DNA of 64,000 bases from Azolla caroliniana (Eukaryota > Plantae > Polypodiophyta): NCBI GenBank assembly GCA_043228905.1, contig JBHGNT010000013.1, positions 6,386,001 through 6,450,000 of the forward strand, written 5' to 3'. The position numbers were made by a program, and so were the translations under genes. The notes beneath the pieces were generated by a model. It had not been told where the DNA came from and made no database searches. It worked only from the letters and a program-made list of their open reading frames with translations. Of this stretch, positions 13,750-25,615 are shown piece by piece (the stretch's first letter is position 1; every line of letters starts with the position of its first letter).

Positions 13750-14206
13750 CTTGTTGGGGAGTAATGGAAGCCGCCGATAGGAGCAGAACTCGAGGCATAA
13801 TCGAAATGCCAACAACATTTCCGGACCCACCACGGGTAGGGGGAGTCAAGGCGGTGCCCAAGGTCGGCAAGGAAAGGCTGAGATGGACTGTTGGTATTGT
13901 GGCCGGAAGGGTCGCACAAAGAGCGAGTGCTAGAAAAAGCGAGTTGATTCGGATGAGGCCGGGTCGAGCCGAGTAGGCGCAAATAGTTGTTAGATATCGC
14001 ACTACGCCGAAGTCTTAAGGCGAGTTGAAACAGGTCTAGCCTTCATGATGAGGCACAAAGCCAACTCAATGGCGGTGAACACCTCAAGGTCGAACGAGGT
14101 GTGGCATGTGGATTCGGGCGCGTTAGACCACATGACGAATCACAGGGAGTGGTTCTCGACTCTAGAAAAGCCGAAGAAGTCAGGGGTCGTCGAAACGGGC
14201 GATGAC

Positions 14207-17200
14207 TGTTGCCGGTTAGGTACGGCCTACCCTCAGTCCTTCGGGGTAGGTATGAAGGTGATCGTGGTGCAAGGGGGTAGGGATACGCGTAGCCCGCTTG
14301 ATGTGGTGACTTATACTGTTAGAGTGTATTTACTAAGGGAGTGATGAGAAACGGCTTCAACCGAGCTCCTCATGTGTGTAACTACGCACCACGTACTTAC
14401 CTTATATGTTTACACTTATGGAATCACACAAAGATAACACAGAATAGACAAGAGATACAATATCAGAGAAGACAAAACTCTATTATCGACTATGCTCAAA
14501 AAGGCACTAGTTATTACATTGTTCTTCTACCCTTTATATACACAAGGCTTAGTCAGTTACACTTCCTGTATGAACCGTTGTACGCGTTACTTAATGCTCC
14601 TAGTATAATAATACATTTCTTTCCCATGTGTTGTTTACATTTGTCCGCTTCCGACAGACAACACCTTGCACACCTGTGGGATAGTGTCGTGGCAGGTCAG
14701 ACCCACCCTCTCCTTAGTCATCATCCAAAATGTCGAGAGTGTTCGATTCTGATCGCGTGTTATCATCCGCTAGCGTGACTTGAGTGAGCTCGCCAATGTT
14801 TTTCTCTATCGGTGCATCGATTTCCGCATGGTCCTCTTCTCGCAGCGTCTCCGTGGTGGGATCGGCTGGTACTCCGTCTATGGGCAAGGAAAAGTCATTT
14901 CTTGGCGGCTTTGTTGTTGGGTGTGGACAGACATCTGGGCGTCCGGGCCTGTTTTCTACGTTGGGGCCTCCGGCATTGCTGTTACCTCCGGAGCGTCATT
15001 AGGATCAGTTGGAGGCTCATTCTACGGCGACTCTATCGCTGGGAGTGGAAAACATCTGGGCGTGACTCTTCCGAGCCAGTTTCCTGCGTGGGGGCTTCCG
15101 GCGTGGCTGTTAGGATCAGTTGGAGGCTCGTTTTGCTCCGCGGGGTCGCTATCCTGTACGGTAATAGCCTCTGCCCTTTTCAATTCCTCCGTCTTTTGAT
15201 GCTCGCTATTGATTGCGCATAGCTAGTGGAAGATATCTTCCTAACTTTCGCTGAAATCTTCCAGCAGTTGTACTATCTCCTCTATGTGCCGGTCGGTTAA
15301 CGCGTGATTGTCCTGCGTTAGGTCTTCTCGTACCATGACGATGCTCTCTTCATTTAGCTTATAGAAGCCTTTACCTTCTTTGCGCTGATTTTCCCAATCC
15401 GCTCAGTAGGTGTGGAGTTCGGCCGCTTGTTTTTCCCATCCGGCCCAGCCTTTGTCCAAGGTTGCTTGTAGCTACGTCGTAAACCATTCTTGCTTTGTTT
15501 GGAGGAGTACGTGGATCCGGTCCATCTGTTTTTGGGAGCGGCCTTGTGACTCCTCCAAAGCCTTATTCAGATTCTCAATTAAATTCCTTTTGTTGGCTGT
15601 CGTCGCCTCTTCATAGGGGGTCTTCATTTGTGCCCAGATCCGGGACTCCTTCAAGTGCAATTCCTCGAGCTGGCCCATTTCATTATTCAGGCGTATTTCG
15701 ACTTGGTGGGTTTCTTCATGCTCATGTGCGAGCTGCTCTTCATACCACACTGCCTTCTTTTGTGCTAATTCTCCTAACGTCATAATCACGACATCCTTTT
15801 TGCTTGCTTCCTCCTGCAGCTTTTCCTTCTCTTCCTTTGTTCGACCATGTGCCGCTACCTCCGCATCGAGCTTTTCTTGAAGTGTTTTGACCGCCTTGCG
15901 TCCTTTCACCCTGATGTCTGCTCCTCTATCAGATGATTGGCGGAGCTCTAATCTCAGGCAATCAATCTCTGTTTCGGCTAGGTTCGTAGCCTTTTTTTCC
16001 TTTGCCATGAGTGCTGCTTGGGCCTCCACCTCTTCCCTTAGCATCTGAACTTCGGTGTCGTGCGGGGCAGGGGCCGGAAGGGGTTGCATACTGGCCGCAT
16101 TGTTCTATAATTGCACGATGTGCTCCTACGCCTTGTTCAATTGTTCCTGGGTCACTTTTATTGTTTTCCAAGCATTTTTATTTTTGATTGCCATATCTTT
16201 GGCACCCAAGCTCACTTCTGCTAACTCCCGATGAACCTCCACTAAGGCAGCATTCAGGGGAGGCAATTCAATTCCAACCCACCGGACCCTTGCATTACAT
16301 TTCCGGCCCACTTTCGCTAGTGGACCCTCATATTTGCTCTCCCCCTTTTGTGTTAGTGCACGCTCAATCATCTGTTTTTCAGCGTGCTCCTTGGCCATTC
16401 GGTGGGACACCTTGATCTTGTGTGTCGCTAGGAATTCCATGAGTTCATATGTTGTCCCAAATTGTAACAATGCGTCAAACTCATGGGCTATATCCGGAAT
16501 GTCCGAATAGTGTAGCACTTCACTTTCTTCCGTAAGCACGCCTTTTCCACGTTGCAATTGTGCCGTTATGAATGGCTGCGACTCGCGGATGAGCTCCAGT
16601 GTAGATGTGGGCTCCGTGGGCACGCAATCTTCCACCCGTGTGTCTGCATCCTTTGCCAGTTCGCGACCATCCTCCTGATCCAGCCATCGACAGTTAGGCC
16701 TAGGGCTACCGTGGCTCAGCTCTTGTGGTTCATGTTCGGCCGTAGATGGCACTTCTCCGGAATCAACTCGGTTGGCCTGCCTCTCCTCTTGCGTCAACGC
16801 TATTTCGACGGTGGTAGGGTTTGGTTCCTCCTCCCATTCTGTCGTCGCCAGGTCCGTTAATCGTCGTATTGCGGACCGAGGTGGAGACGTGGGTCTTGTA
16901 TCCGGTGTGGGCAGTCCTCGAGGAGGAAACATCACGGTTAAGTACTGCTATATTATTGGACGCAGCTTCTTCCCGGCCTTAAAGGCGTGCATGCCTTCTT
17001 TTAACGTTGGACCCGTGATTACTCCTCAATCCATGGCGCAACCTTCGAACGTGTCAATAACGATGCCAGCTTTTTGCTTCGGCATCCCGTAAGCGTTCAC
17101 ATAGACGCAACCGACTTCCAATAAAAATTTCACAACCTCCTAGAAAAAAGTGTTCGGAATGTCCTTTGTTCTGTAGGCTTTGGCGGAGGTTGAGTACTCT

Positions 17201-19086
17201 CCGAAATATCTTTCCAGGTCTTCTGTAGGGGGAATCTCAAAATGTTTCTCTACTACCGCCGTCAAACCTAGCTTCTTTCTGATGCTGGCATTCGTAACTG
17301 TGTCGATGTTGAGCTTCCTGGCAATTTCTTGGACATCGGGGTGCGGTGGCGCCTCTGCTACCGGGATTTCCAGGAGCCATTGTTGTAGTGCTGAGGAGAT
17401 GGGGATCGGCATAGTACCTTGGTAGGGATCGTGCGAGGAGTGATTAGGGGTTAGGCCATGCAAGTTGCGGTAACCGTGATGCCTGTGAAAAGCTGGAGAG
17501 CGAGGAGAGCGAGGGGAGTAGAAGGCTTGATTATGTTTTCTATAATGTGCAGAAAACCGTCTGTTCTCCTCTTTTTGCGACTTAGGGTTCATGGGCTTGT
17601 GCATCATTGTGTTGACGCATGTTCTTTCCCTTGGAAACTGTGCATGCATAAAAGCCCTTTAATAGTTGTGACTGCCTTCTCTCTTTTTTCTCTCTTTTTT
17701 AACGGTAAAGTACAATATTACTGTTCCATTTCTTACAAGTGGGTCCCGACTACTGGTTAGCGTGGATTGTATTGTCTTTTACAGCGTGAAACGGATTCGG
17801 TGGCGTAGGTCTGAAGTACGGCTTCAAGCAAAACCCATTCACTTTTTGCTGCAATATTTCACCTCTAAGGGTCCCTAATTCAAAGGTTTCGTTTTCCGTC
17901 ACTATTATCCAATACGGCCCTCTCTAACGGAATCGTAATTTTCCCGGCATTTGGCCCATCCGGGTTTGGAAGACTTAAATGGCTTTCCCAACTTTGATGT
18001 GTTTTTCACTAGTGCCTCAGTGTAGGTCTATCGACGCTTTATGCCGTCTCTGCTCGTGTTCCACAATTGCCATACTTTGGACTCGTGTTTCACCTAACTC
18101 CAGTAATTAGTGTAAACGTATCTATTCGGACTGACCTTCCAACAGTCTTTCACTGACTTGAATATGTAAGCTGGGTACCTGAAATTCAATGGGAATTACG
18201 GATTCCAGCCCGTACGCTAGTCGGAAGGGAGTTGATTGTATGCTTGTCTTGTAGTTCGTGCGGTAAGCCCACAAGGCATTTTGCAGCTTAATGTCCCAGT
18301 CCGTTCTATTCTCATTAACGATCTTTTTCCGGATATTCTGCAGCATCTTGTTCGTTGATTCCGCTAATCCACTCGCCTGAGGATAATACGACATACTCTT
18401 CTTATGTACTACGGCGTAATGGTGTGTGAGGTCGTGGATAACCATATTCAAGAAATGGCTTCCTTGATCGCTTATGAGTTCTATTGGACAGCCAAAACGG
18501 CACCAAATGTGCTCGTATAAGAATTTTGTCATCCATGCCACAATGTTATCTCGTAATGCTTTTGCTTCTACCCATTTCGTGGAATAATCTGTGGCGACTA
18601 AGATATATTTATTCCATGTTCGTGCCGCTGCCGGAGTAAAGGGGCCGACAAAATCGAGACCCCATTTCTGGAAGGGGTCGAGCGGGAGCAGTGTCTGGTG
18701 TGGCATCAGTGCGAGATCCGTAGGTTGGCCCATGTGTTGGCAGAGGTCGCACTCTTTACAATATTGACACGCGTCTTTTTGCGTAGTTGGCCACCAAAGG
18801 CCTATTTGCCATACTTTTTGGGCCATAACGTCTCTTGCGTAATGGCCTCCTGCCGTTCCGCAGTGAGCTTAGCGTAAAACGGCTTCCTTCTCCTCTTGCC
18901 GTATAGCGCGCCTCCAGATACCATCGCTCTCCTTTTGATATAGGAGTCCTTCAATTAGGTAGAAATTGTGGCTCTGTACTGTGAGTCTTTTCTTTTCGTC
19001 CATTCGTAGTTGTGGTGGTGGCAGTTCTGTTGTCAAGAAGTAGGTCATCTACATCAACCACCGGTCTGGAAAACTCTTCTCGTTTT
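14207..19086 (-). mobile_element. 5'-truncated non-chromovirus Gypsy: integrase, 3' extra ORF and 3' LTR (14207-14663)
   Basis: LTR is TGTTG...CAACA with a minus-strand TATA at ~14532-14540. Integrase at 18122-18826 (KWGLDFVGP, ISDQGSHF, GLAES). Decayed extra ORF at ~17411-14800. Confidence 0.8.
15472..17649 (-). pseudogene. Extra ORF downstream of pol (globular N-terminus plus long coiled coil)
   Basis: ORFs 17140-17649 and 16126-16935 are in one frame separated by point stops. ORF 15472-16089 is E/K/Q-rich coiled coil. Confidence 0.6.
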
Positions 19087-19271
19087 GGGGTCTGTATAAA
19101 AAGTGCTCATTGAGCACAACGTATGTACAAAGTGTTCATTATTCGAAATAGAAGTTATAGTATGCTCTCTCTCTCTCTCTCATACACCATTCTCTGTGTT
19201 TACCTAACTATCGAGTTTCCGAAACCAACTGTGTACTCGGTTTCTATCGCACACGTATTCTTTTCAGATAT

Positions 19272-19865
19272 GGGTATAATGAGAAATTTAAAATCTAAGG
19301 GAAGTTTGAAAACACAAGAGGCTCTATTGCTTGGGGAAGTTGCTCATCAAAGACGGCAAGGGGGAAGTGGATAGGCTACAAGGAGGAGGGCTCCTTGATC
19401 CCAAGAGGTAAGGAAACACCGGATAGGATCCAAGGACATGAACTGCGAGATAATGAGATACTAACATCAAACATGACAATTCAAGTACTCGCATATACAA
19501 GTCGTAAATGGATTGTAGACCCGATCCGATCAACGTACAACCAGAATGCCACATATGTACTCATGAAAACACATGGCTACGTAAGGTGAGTTGGGACCAT
19601 TTGCAATGGACGTGACACGATCCTTATGCAAGTCTAGGAAGCAAAGCTATCCCTTTCTTCCAATTAACGATTAGATTTGGATGCTACATTCTAGCCACTC
19701 AATTCGCTCAAGAGCTGGCTGTTGAAAAGATTTGGCACACATATCATGTTCCCCATGCAATTATTACCAAGTTTTGGCGGAAAATATGGAAACAACGCCA
19801 AGCTAGGCAAATTACCACGTTCCAATGGCTATTAATACATAGGTCACTACCTGTCGGAGCGTGAC
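19272..19865 (+). pseudogene. L1-type LINE ORF2 remnant, probably continuous with 4973-5092 before the Copia insertion
   Basis: IAWGSCSSK..GGSG-like segment at ~19327 and FWRKIWKQ..ITTFQWLLIHRSLPVG (zf-RVT-like) at 19772-19864. Confidence 0.55.
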
Positions 19866-20439
19866 ATCGTGGGATCCTTAGTTCTCCCAATTATGTAGCG
19901 TGCCCAAATGTAACAAAGTCAATCTGACATGCTTTATGGGATTGCCTAGAGACCCATCGAATATGGTGGGGGGTTGGTCGCCTATTGCAATTATGCCAAG
20001 TGCAAGGCATAATCAAGTGGGGAAATGTATGTTGGTTATCATGGTAGGCCCCAATTGATAAGTACGAACATGGGGAGGAGGGGACATGATGGTGATAAAG
20101 GCACAAGGGATTTTGTTTTCCACCATTGACAATATTCACTCAACTCCAATTAATGCTAATTAAACCTCAAGTTGTGCTGGAATTGGTGAACCCAATAACT
20201 CTTTGGATTCTCTTGAAACAATAGTGTAGACGGGTCTTTTCCAATCAAACCCTGCAATAAAAGGCATATACCTAAAATATAAAAGGCAAATATTCCAATG
20301 TGCCCTTAATTAAGCTTTTTCTGTATTTCTCTAGATGCCCTTAAAAATTTTGTTATCTCCCCGAAACATCAAAAGCAAAAGATGTGGAAAAAGAAGTAGC
20401 AGTACTAACTAAAGATAGTCATGAAGAAGAAGAAGAAGA

Positions 20440-22893
20440 ATGGAAAGAAGAAGAAGAAGAAAAGGGGGTGGAGACAATTATTATGCTCTGCTTCATGGAG
20501 TTTTGGAGAAGAAAGACATTGCCAATGTTCGAACTCTGCACCGCCTCATCGTGCAACATGGCCTCTTCTTCGACCCTTTCCTATGCAGCCACACCATCCG
20601 TTTATATGCATCTTTCGGATATATCTCCATGGCTTACCAAATGTTTCTTCAAACCCCTTCTTCCAGTGTCTACACATGGAGTGCCATCATTTCTTCACTT
20701 TCCCATGCAAAACAAGGTGTGCAAGCACTTGCTCTGTTTCAAGAGATGCAAAGGACTAACGAAAATGGCATGATGCTAGATAAGCACGTCTTCTTGGCTG
20801 TTTTAAAAGGTTGCTCTAGTGTTTTAGCACTTAGATTGATCCATTTTCTTATAGTTCAAGACGGGTTGCAAGAAGATGTCGCATTGTCTAATTGTCTGAT
20901 TGATACTTATGCTAAATGCAAATGCTTGCTCGATGCAAGGAGGGTGTTCGACGAACAAGAAGAAAGAGATACTATTACGTGGAGCTCTTTAATGATAGGT
21001 TATGCTCAAGATGGATATGGGCATGATGTCATCATGCTATATTCAAAGATGAGTGAAGAGGGTATTGAACCAAATAGGGTTACAATACTTAGTGTATTGA
21101 AGGCTTGCTCTACTTTTGGGCTCCTTAGACAATGTGTGTGTATGCATCTTTGTTTGCTAGAGAAAGGTTTTGAGCATGATCTAGTCCTTGGAAATACACT
21201 TATTGATGTATATGCCAAGTGTGGAAATATTAAAGAGGCTCATAGAGTATTCCTGAAACTATCCAAACAAGATGCTGTGTCGTGGAATGCCCTTATTGGC
21301 GCATATATCCAACATGGGCATGACCAAAAGGCTTTTGGACTCTTCAACCAAATGTATTGGAAGGACATAAAGCCGGACAAATTCACGGTTGTTCGCATGC
21401 TGAAAGCATGCTCTGGTGCCAGAACTCTTATAGAAGGTAGGCTTATGTATGCATATTTTATCGAGAGTGGTTTCATCTTAGATGATTTCATCATTAATGC
21501 ATTAATTGACATGTATGCAAAGTGTGGGGACCTCCATGAGGCACAAATATTGTTTGATAGGTTGCCAGAACGATCAATAGTCACATGGAGTGCTATGATT
21601 GCGGGCCATGTTCAAAATGGACAAAATCATGAGGCTTTGAATGTTTTCTTGCAAATGCAAAAGGAAAAGAAGAAGCCAGATAATTTCACTTATGGCAGTT
21701 TACTCAAAGCATGTGCTAACATGAATGCACTAAACAAAGGCAAAGTCCTTCATGAACACATTATTGAAAATAATGCTAAGTTAAATGTAGTTGTTGGAGG
21801 TGCCCTCATTGATATGTATATAAAGTGTAATCGTCTTGATGATGCGCGAATGCTTTTTGATCGGCTATCTACTCGAGATGTGGTCACATGGAGTGCTCTG
21901 ATATCAGGCTATGTGCAGCTCGGATCACCTCAGGAGGCTTTAGGGCTTTATCAACTAATGATGCAAGAACACATAGCACCAAATGGTGTTACATTTATGA
22001 GTTCCTTGAAAGCATGTTCAAATTTGGTAGCTTTGTATGAGGGTACTTTGATTCATGGTCAAATTATTGAGAATGGATTAGAGCTTGAGAAGCTAATTTG
22101 TAATACACTTATTGACATGTATGGCAAATGTGGCAACTTAAGTGATGCTTGTAATGTCTTTTCCTATATGAGCAATAGAGATGTGGTTTCATGGAATGCT
22201 CTTATTTCTGGATTTGCCTTACAAAGTAATTATGAGTCAGCTTTACGGCTTTTCAAAAGTATGCAACAGGAAGGGTTGAGGCCGGATGATATAACATTCT
22301 TGTCTCTCCTCTCAGTCTGTAATCATTTGGGTTTGGTAAAGGAAGGACAACACCATTTCATGTCTATGGGGAAAGTGTTCGATATCACCCCAGATGTAGA
22401 GCATTATAATTGTATGATAGACCTATTTGGTCGGACCGGGCATTTCAAAGAAGCCTTAGATTTACTACAACTTATTCCTTCCGAGTTGGGAACTGTTGGT
22501 TGGAGTTCTTTACTCACAAATTGCTCAAATCATGGTAACCCAGGTCTTGGAAGACAATGCTTTAATTCTGTTGTTCATATGGACTTGAGTCATGCTACTG
22601 GCTATGTACATATATTCAATATTTATGGTAATCATGAGATGTGGGAAGAGGCAAGAAAGATTGTGGAGCTAAGAAGCTCTATTGCCTTTGGGTGGAAGAA
22701 GCCAGGTAAGGCATGGATTGAAGTGGGAAGTAAAATTTTTGATTTCATCGTAGGAGACCAAAGTCATCAACAAAGTTTTGCACTATTTGCTAAGCTGAAT
22801 AGGCTCACCAAGGCATTAGAAATCGAAGGACATGTACCACATTTCATGTCAATGATTCCATCAATAAGTGAAAGGAAAGAAACAAGCTTCTAA
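20440..22893 (+). CDS. PLS-class pentatricopeptide repeat protein, E/E+ type (organellar RNA editing factor)
   Basis: 817-aa intronless ORF with repeated P-L-S triplets (LIDMYAKCG, DVVSWNALI), E1/E2 (HYNCMIDLFGRTG) and WKKPGKAWIEV..FIVGDQSH. The exact N-terminus is uncertain. Confidence 0.95.
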   Translation: MERRRRRKGGGDNYYALLHGVLEKKDIANVRTLHRLIVQHGLFFDPFLCSHTIRLYASFGYISMAYQMFLQTPSSSVYTWSAIISSLSHAKQGVQALALFQEMQRTNENGMMLDKHVFLAVLKGCSSVLALRLIHFLIVQDGLQEDVALSNCLIDTYAKCKCLLDARRVFDEQEERDTITWSSLMIGYAQDGYGHDVIMLYSKMSEEGIEPNRVTILSVLKACSTFGLLRQCVCMHLCLLEKGFEHDLVLGNTLIDVYAKCGNIKEAHRVFLKLSKQDAVSWNALIGAYIQHGHDQKAFGLFNQMYWKDIKPDKFTVVRMLKACSGARTLIEGRLMYAYFIESGFILDDFIINALIDMYAKCGDLHEAQILFDRLPERSIVTWSAMIAGHVQNGQNHEALNVFLQMQKEKKKPDNFTYGSLLKACANMNALNKGKVLHEHIIENNAKLNVVVGGALIDMYIKCNRLDDARMLFDRLSTRDVVTWSALISGYVQLGSPQEALGLYQLMMQEHIAPNGVTFMSSLKACSNLVALYEGTLIHGQIIENGLELEKLICNTLIDMYGKCGNLSDACNVFSYMSNRDVVSWNALISGFALQSNYESALRLFKSMQQEGLRPDDITFLSLLSVCNHLGLVKEGQHHFMSMGKVFDITPDVEHYNCMIDLFGRTGHFKEALDLLQLIPSELGTVGWSSLLTNCSNHGNPGLGRQCFNSVVHMDLSHATGYVHIFNIYGNHEMWEEARKIVELRSSIAFGWKKPGKAWIEVGSKIFDFIVGDQSHQQSFALFAKLNRLTKALEIEGHVPHFMSMIPSISERKETSF

Positions 22894-24273
22894 TGCAGCC
22901 CCATTCAGAAAGAATCTTGTGGCTATTGTTTCTGGAATCTTGCAAAATCTCACCACTCAAAGGTAAATCTCGAAAAACTTTTTTCTTTGGATTTCAGTCG
23001 ATGTATACACATAATTAATACACACATGCACATGCACATAATTAAACATATACATATTTCATAAGTTATACAAAGACATAATGAGCTGCTCTTATATCTT
23101 ATAATGAGTTGAAAGTAAGCTGGATACCAGTTGAGTGGGCTTTACTGTGGTTGGGGATTGGATAGTTCAATTGAAAAGAAAAAATTCAAGGAGCATCTAA
23201 ATAAATGGATTAGAGATGTTTCTTTAATTAAATGAACGAAATGAATGGATTTGTTATGGGCTATATTAATATTGTACGTTTTCAGAACTGTTAAGCTGTG
23301 AAATCAAGGGGGTATTGAACTATTTATTGGTCAAATCAATAAAATTCAGAAGATTTTGAAGCACCCACAAAGAGTTACTCAGGTATGGATACTATAACCC
23401 TAAGGTTTTGATTTGGCAAGTATGATTCTGAATCCATTGCACTATGTTTTGGGTGTGGTCGTCTGCTAATCTATTTGGTCTTTATGTAGAGTGTTGGCCA
23501 ACTACAATTGGTATTCTGTGGCATATTGTGAAGCTTCCAAACTGAGTCCAATAGAAAAGAGACAGTCTTGTTTCTCAAACAATTGAGCTAGCTCAAGATC
23601 AGTCATGTAGAGAGACTGTCATGACGGTGACATGTAGCATAGATTGTTAGGATGGGTTTACTGGCCTAGAGGTCACTGTGATCTTTGTGATGTGAAAGAT
23701 AGTCTTTTTACTCAAATGATTGAGCTAGCTCATGATGATCCACGTAGAGAAACTGTTATGGCTGCTCATAGGCATAAAATAAAAGAAATTCTATTAATAA
23801 GTGCGTATTTTCAATAATTAAATAGAGAACTGTGATGTTTTGGTCACTATTGTCTTGTAAAGAAGACAGGTTGTGAGTTTCCAAAGTAATTTTTACATGA
23901 CCTCATTCGGAGTTCCTATGAAGATGTGATGATGAATACAAGAATCAAGCAAAGACAGAAAACAACTCGCCTTTGAAGCACTGTCTTTCTCTTCTTTCTT
24001 CGATGAGATCATGAGAGTAAATTGAGATTGAGATTAATGTCAAGATTGCTCAAGGACGTTGGACGAGTCAAGCTCCTCACCAAAGGGGTGATCAATTTCG
24101 TTGCGTTTCTTGCTGAGGAACTACTTCAAGCTGAAAAACAAGAAATGTTGAAAAGGAAGATCTGCCTCAAGATGTTGTTTGCATTCCGCCAATTATCTGG
24201 AAACTTGGAAAAAGTGGATGAATGCCTAGAGACTTCATAGTCTATGAATGGGGAGAGAGACAGAGAGAGCCCG

Positions 24274-24346
24274 GATGGATGTAGCTCAGTTGGTGAGGTT
24301 GTCCAATGGAGGCATGAAGGTCATGGGTTGAACCCCTATATTCCAC
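24274..24346 (+). other. tRNA-derived (SINE-like) Pol III A/B-box unit
   Basis: A box TAGCTCAGTTGG at 24282-24293 and B box GGGTTGAACCCC at 24325-24336. The anticodon arm is poor. Confidence 0.5.
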
Positions 24347-24392
24347 AATGGCATCTAGTAAATTAAGAGATACGTATGGAGTAATAGAGAGG

Positions 24393-24460
24393 TGAGCAAA
24401 ATGGGTTTCGAACCCAAGACATAGTGCTAGTAGTGTAACAACTTACCAGTAGGGTAAGCT
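24393..24460 (-). other. Second tRNA-like A/B-box unit, convergent with the first
   Basis: Minus strand reads TTACCCTACTGGTAA...GGGTTCGAAACCC. Confidence 0.4.
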
Positions 24461-24569
24461 AATTACGATAAAAGAGAGAGATTAATATTTTCCTTGGAGG
24501 TCAAATATGATTTAAGGAAAAAAGTAAAACATGTTTCCGTTGTATGCGTGGAGTTTAGTAATGACTGTA

Positions 24570-24993
24570 GATGTTCTAGAATTCTATTGGGAGATATTAA
24601 TGTCTTCTAAAAGGTTGAAATAGCCAAAGAGAGTTTGCAATGTAATTGAGAGAAAACTGCATTTTTTCCATTGACCGAAAGCAATAATGTGGTGCACGAT
24701 CTCCAAATTTTCAAATGTAATGTTCTCTTAAGCCATTGGAGACTATCAAATGCATGCAAACAATAATTCTCCCCTTTCACTTCCAAAGTTATGAGGCTTA
24801 AGATGGTACCTATCTTAAAAGAAGATTCCCATAGACCTCTCCCTGAACTCATTTGAAAACCTTTCCTTGGAATTGAGTTATGACCTTGGATGTTCTAGAA
24901 TTCTATTCAGAGATGTTATTATCTTCTAAAAGGTTGAAATAGCCCAAGACAATTTGCAATGTAACCAAGGCAAATTTGCATTTTTCCACTGAC
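24570..24993 (+). repeat. ~100-bp imperfect direct repeat about 320 bp apart
   Basis: ATGTTCTAGAATTCTATT...TCTTCTAAAAGGTTGAAATAGCC...TTTGCAATGTAA at ~24571 and ~24890. Confidence 0.7.
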
Positions 24994-25615
24994 TGTTATG
25001 TACACAACATAAGTGAGGGTGGGTAATTAATATTGTATGTTATGGGGTAGTTAATTAATAATTACAAAACATAACTGAAGGTTATGGCCACTAATGTTAG
25101 AAATGTACTAATATGATTGGATAAAAGGAATGATATGTGCATGTATTATTGCAATCATGAAAACCAATGGATGGTGAGTCTTTTTGAAAAGCACATATAT
25201 TCAAGGCTTTAAAGTTTATACTTGCATGCCATGTTTTATGTCATGCGAAATTGTCATAGCGATACTAACCAGTGTATAGAGTCAAGTGTTTTTGCACTAA
25301 TCATACATGCTCAACTCATGGCTCTATTGCATATTGTGTTGTTTGCACTTTCCTCACCACTATGGAGCCGCCTCTAGGGGATGTCACGATTGCGAAGGGC
25401 ATGGCTACCACCCTAGGGTTTGTGTGGTCTTCGAGCATAGTTGTTTCACACACACCTATTTCTTATATTGTTCTAATTATTGTTTGTTCTTCCAGTTTGT
25501 TATACATTTTCTTGTTTCTAATTGCTAATCTACTCTCCCACATGGCACTATTTACCCTTGATTTTATGTTTACCCTACCTTATACACGTGTTTACCTATT
25601 AGTGTATTGATACCA
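24994..25615 (+). mobile_element. Solo or partial LTR related to the chromovirus LTR at 47921-48389
   Basis: TGTTATGTACACAAC..GTGAGGGT..CTAATGTTA..TGATTGGATA.AAGGAATGATA aligns with the reverse complement of 48200-48389. The 3' end is uncertain and no TSD was found. Confidence 0.6.

Larger units (their letters stand above)
5093..19266 (+). mobile_element. Decayed Copia element hosting two Gypsy insertions
   Basis: 5' LTR 5093-5467 with degenerate PBS TGTTATCAGA. Gag at 5566-5973 and 13031-13975 (CWYCGRKG knuckle), protease WHVDSGA at ~14100. Partial 3' LTR ~19087-19266. TSD GATAT at 5088-5092 and 19267-19271. Confidence 0.85.

Noticed and set aside
24274-24346. Functional tRNA gene
   Set aside because: The anticodon arm and T-loop are non-canonical and there is no clear oligo-T terminator.
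5969-24993. Shared NTGAC before three LTR starts (GTGAC, ATGAC, CTGAC)
   Set aside because: Only three cases from different families, only one TSD is confirmed, and the other sites differ.
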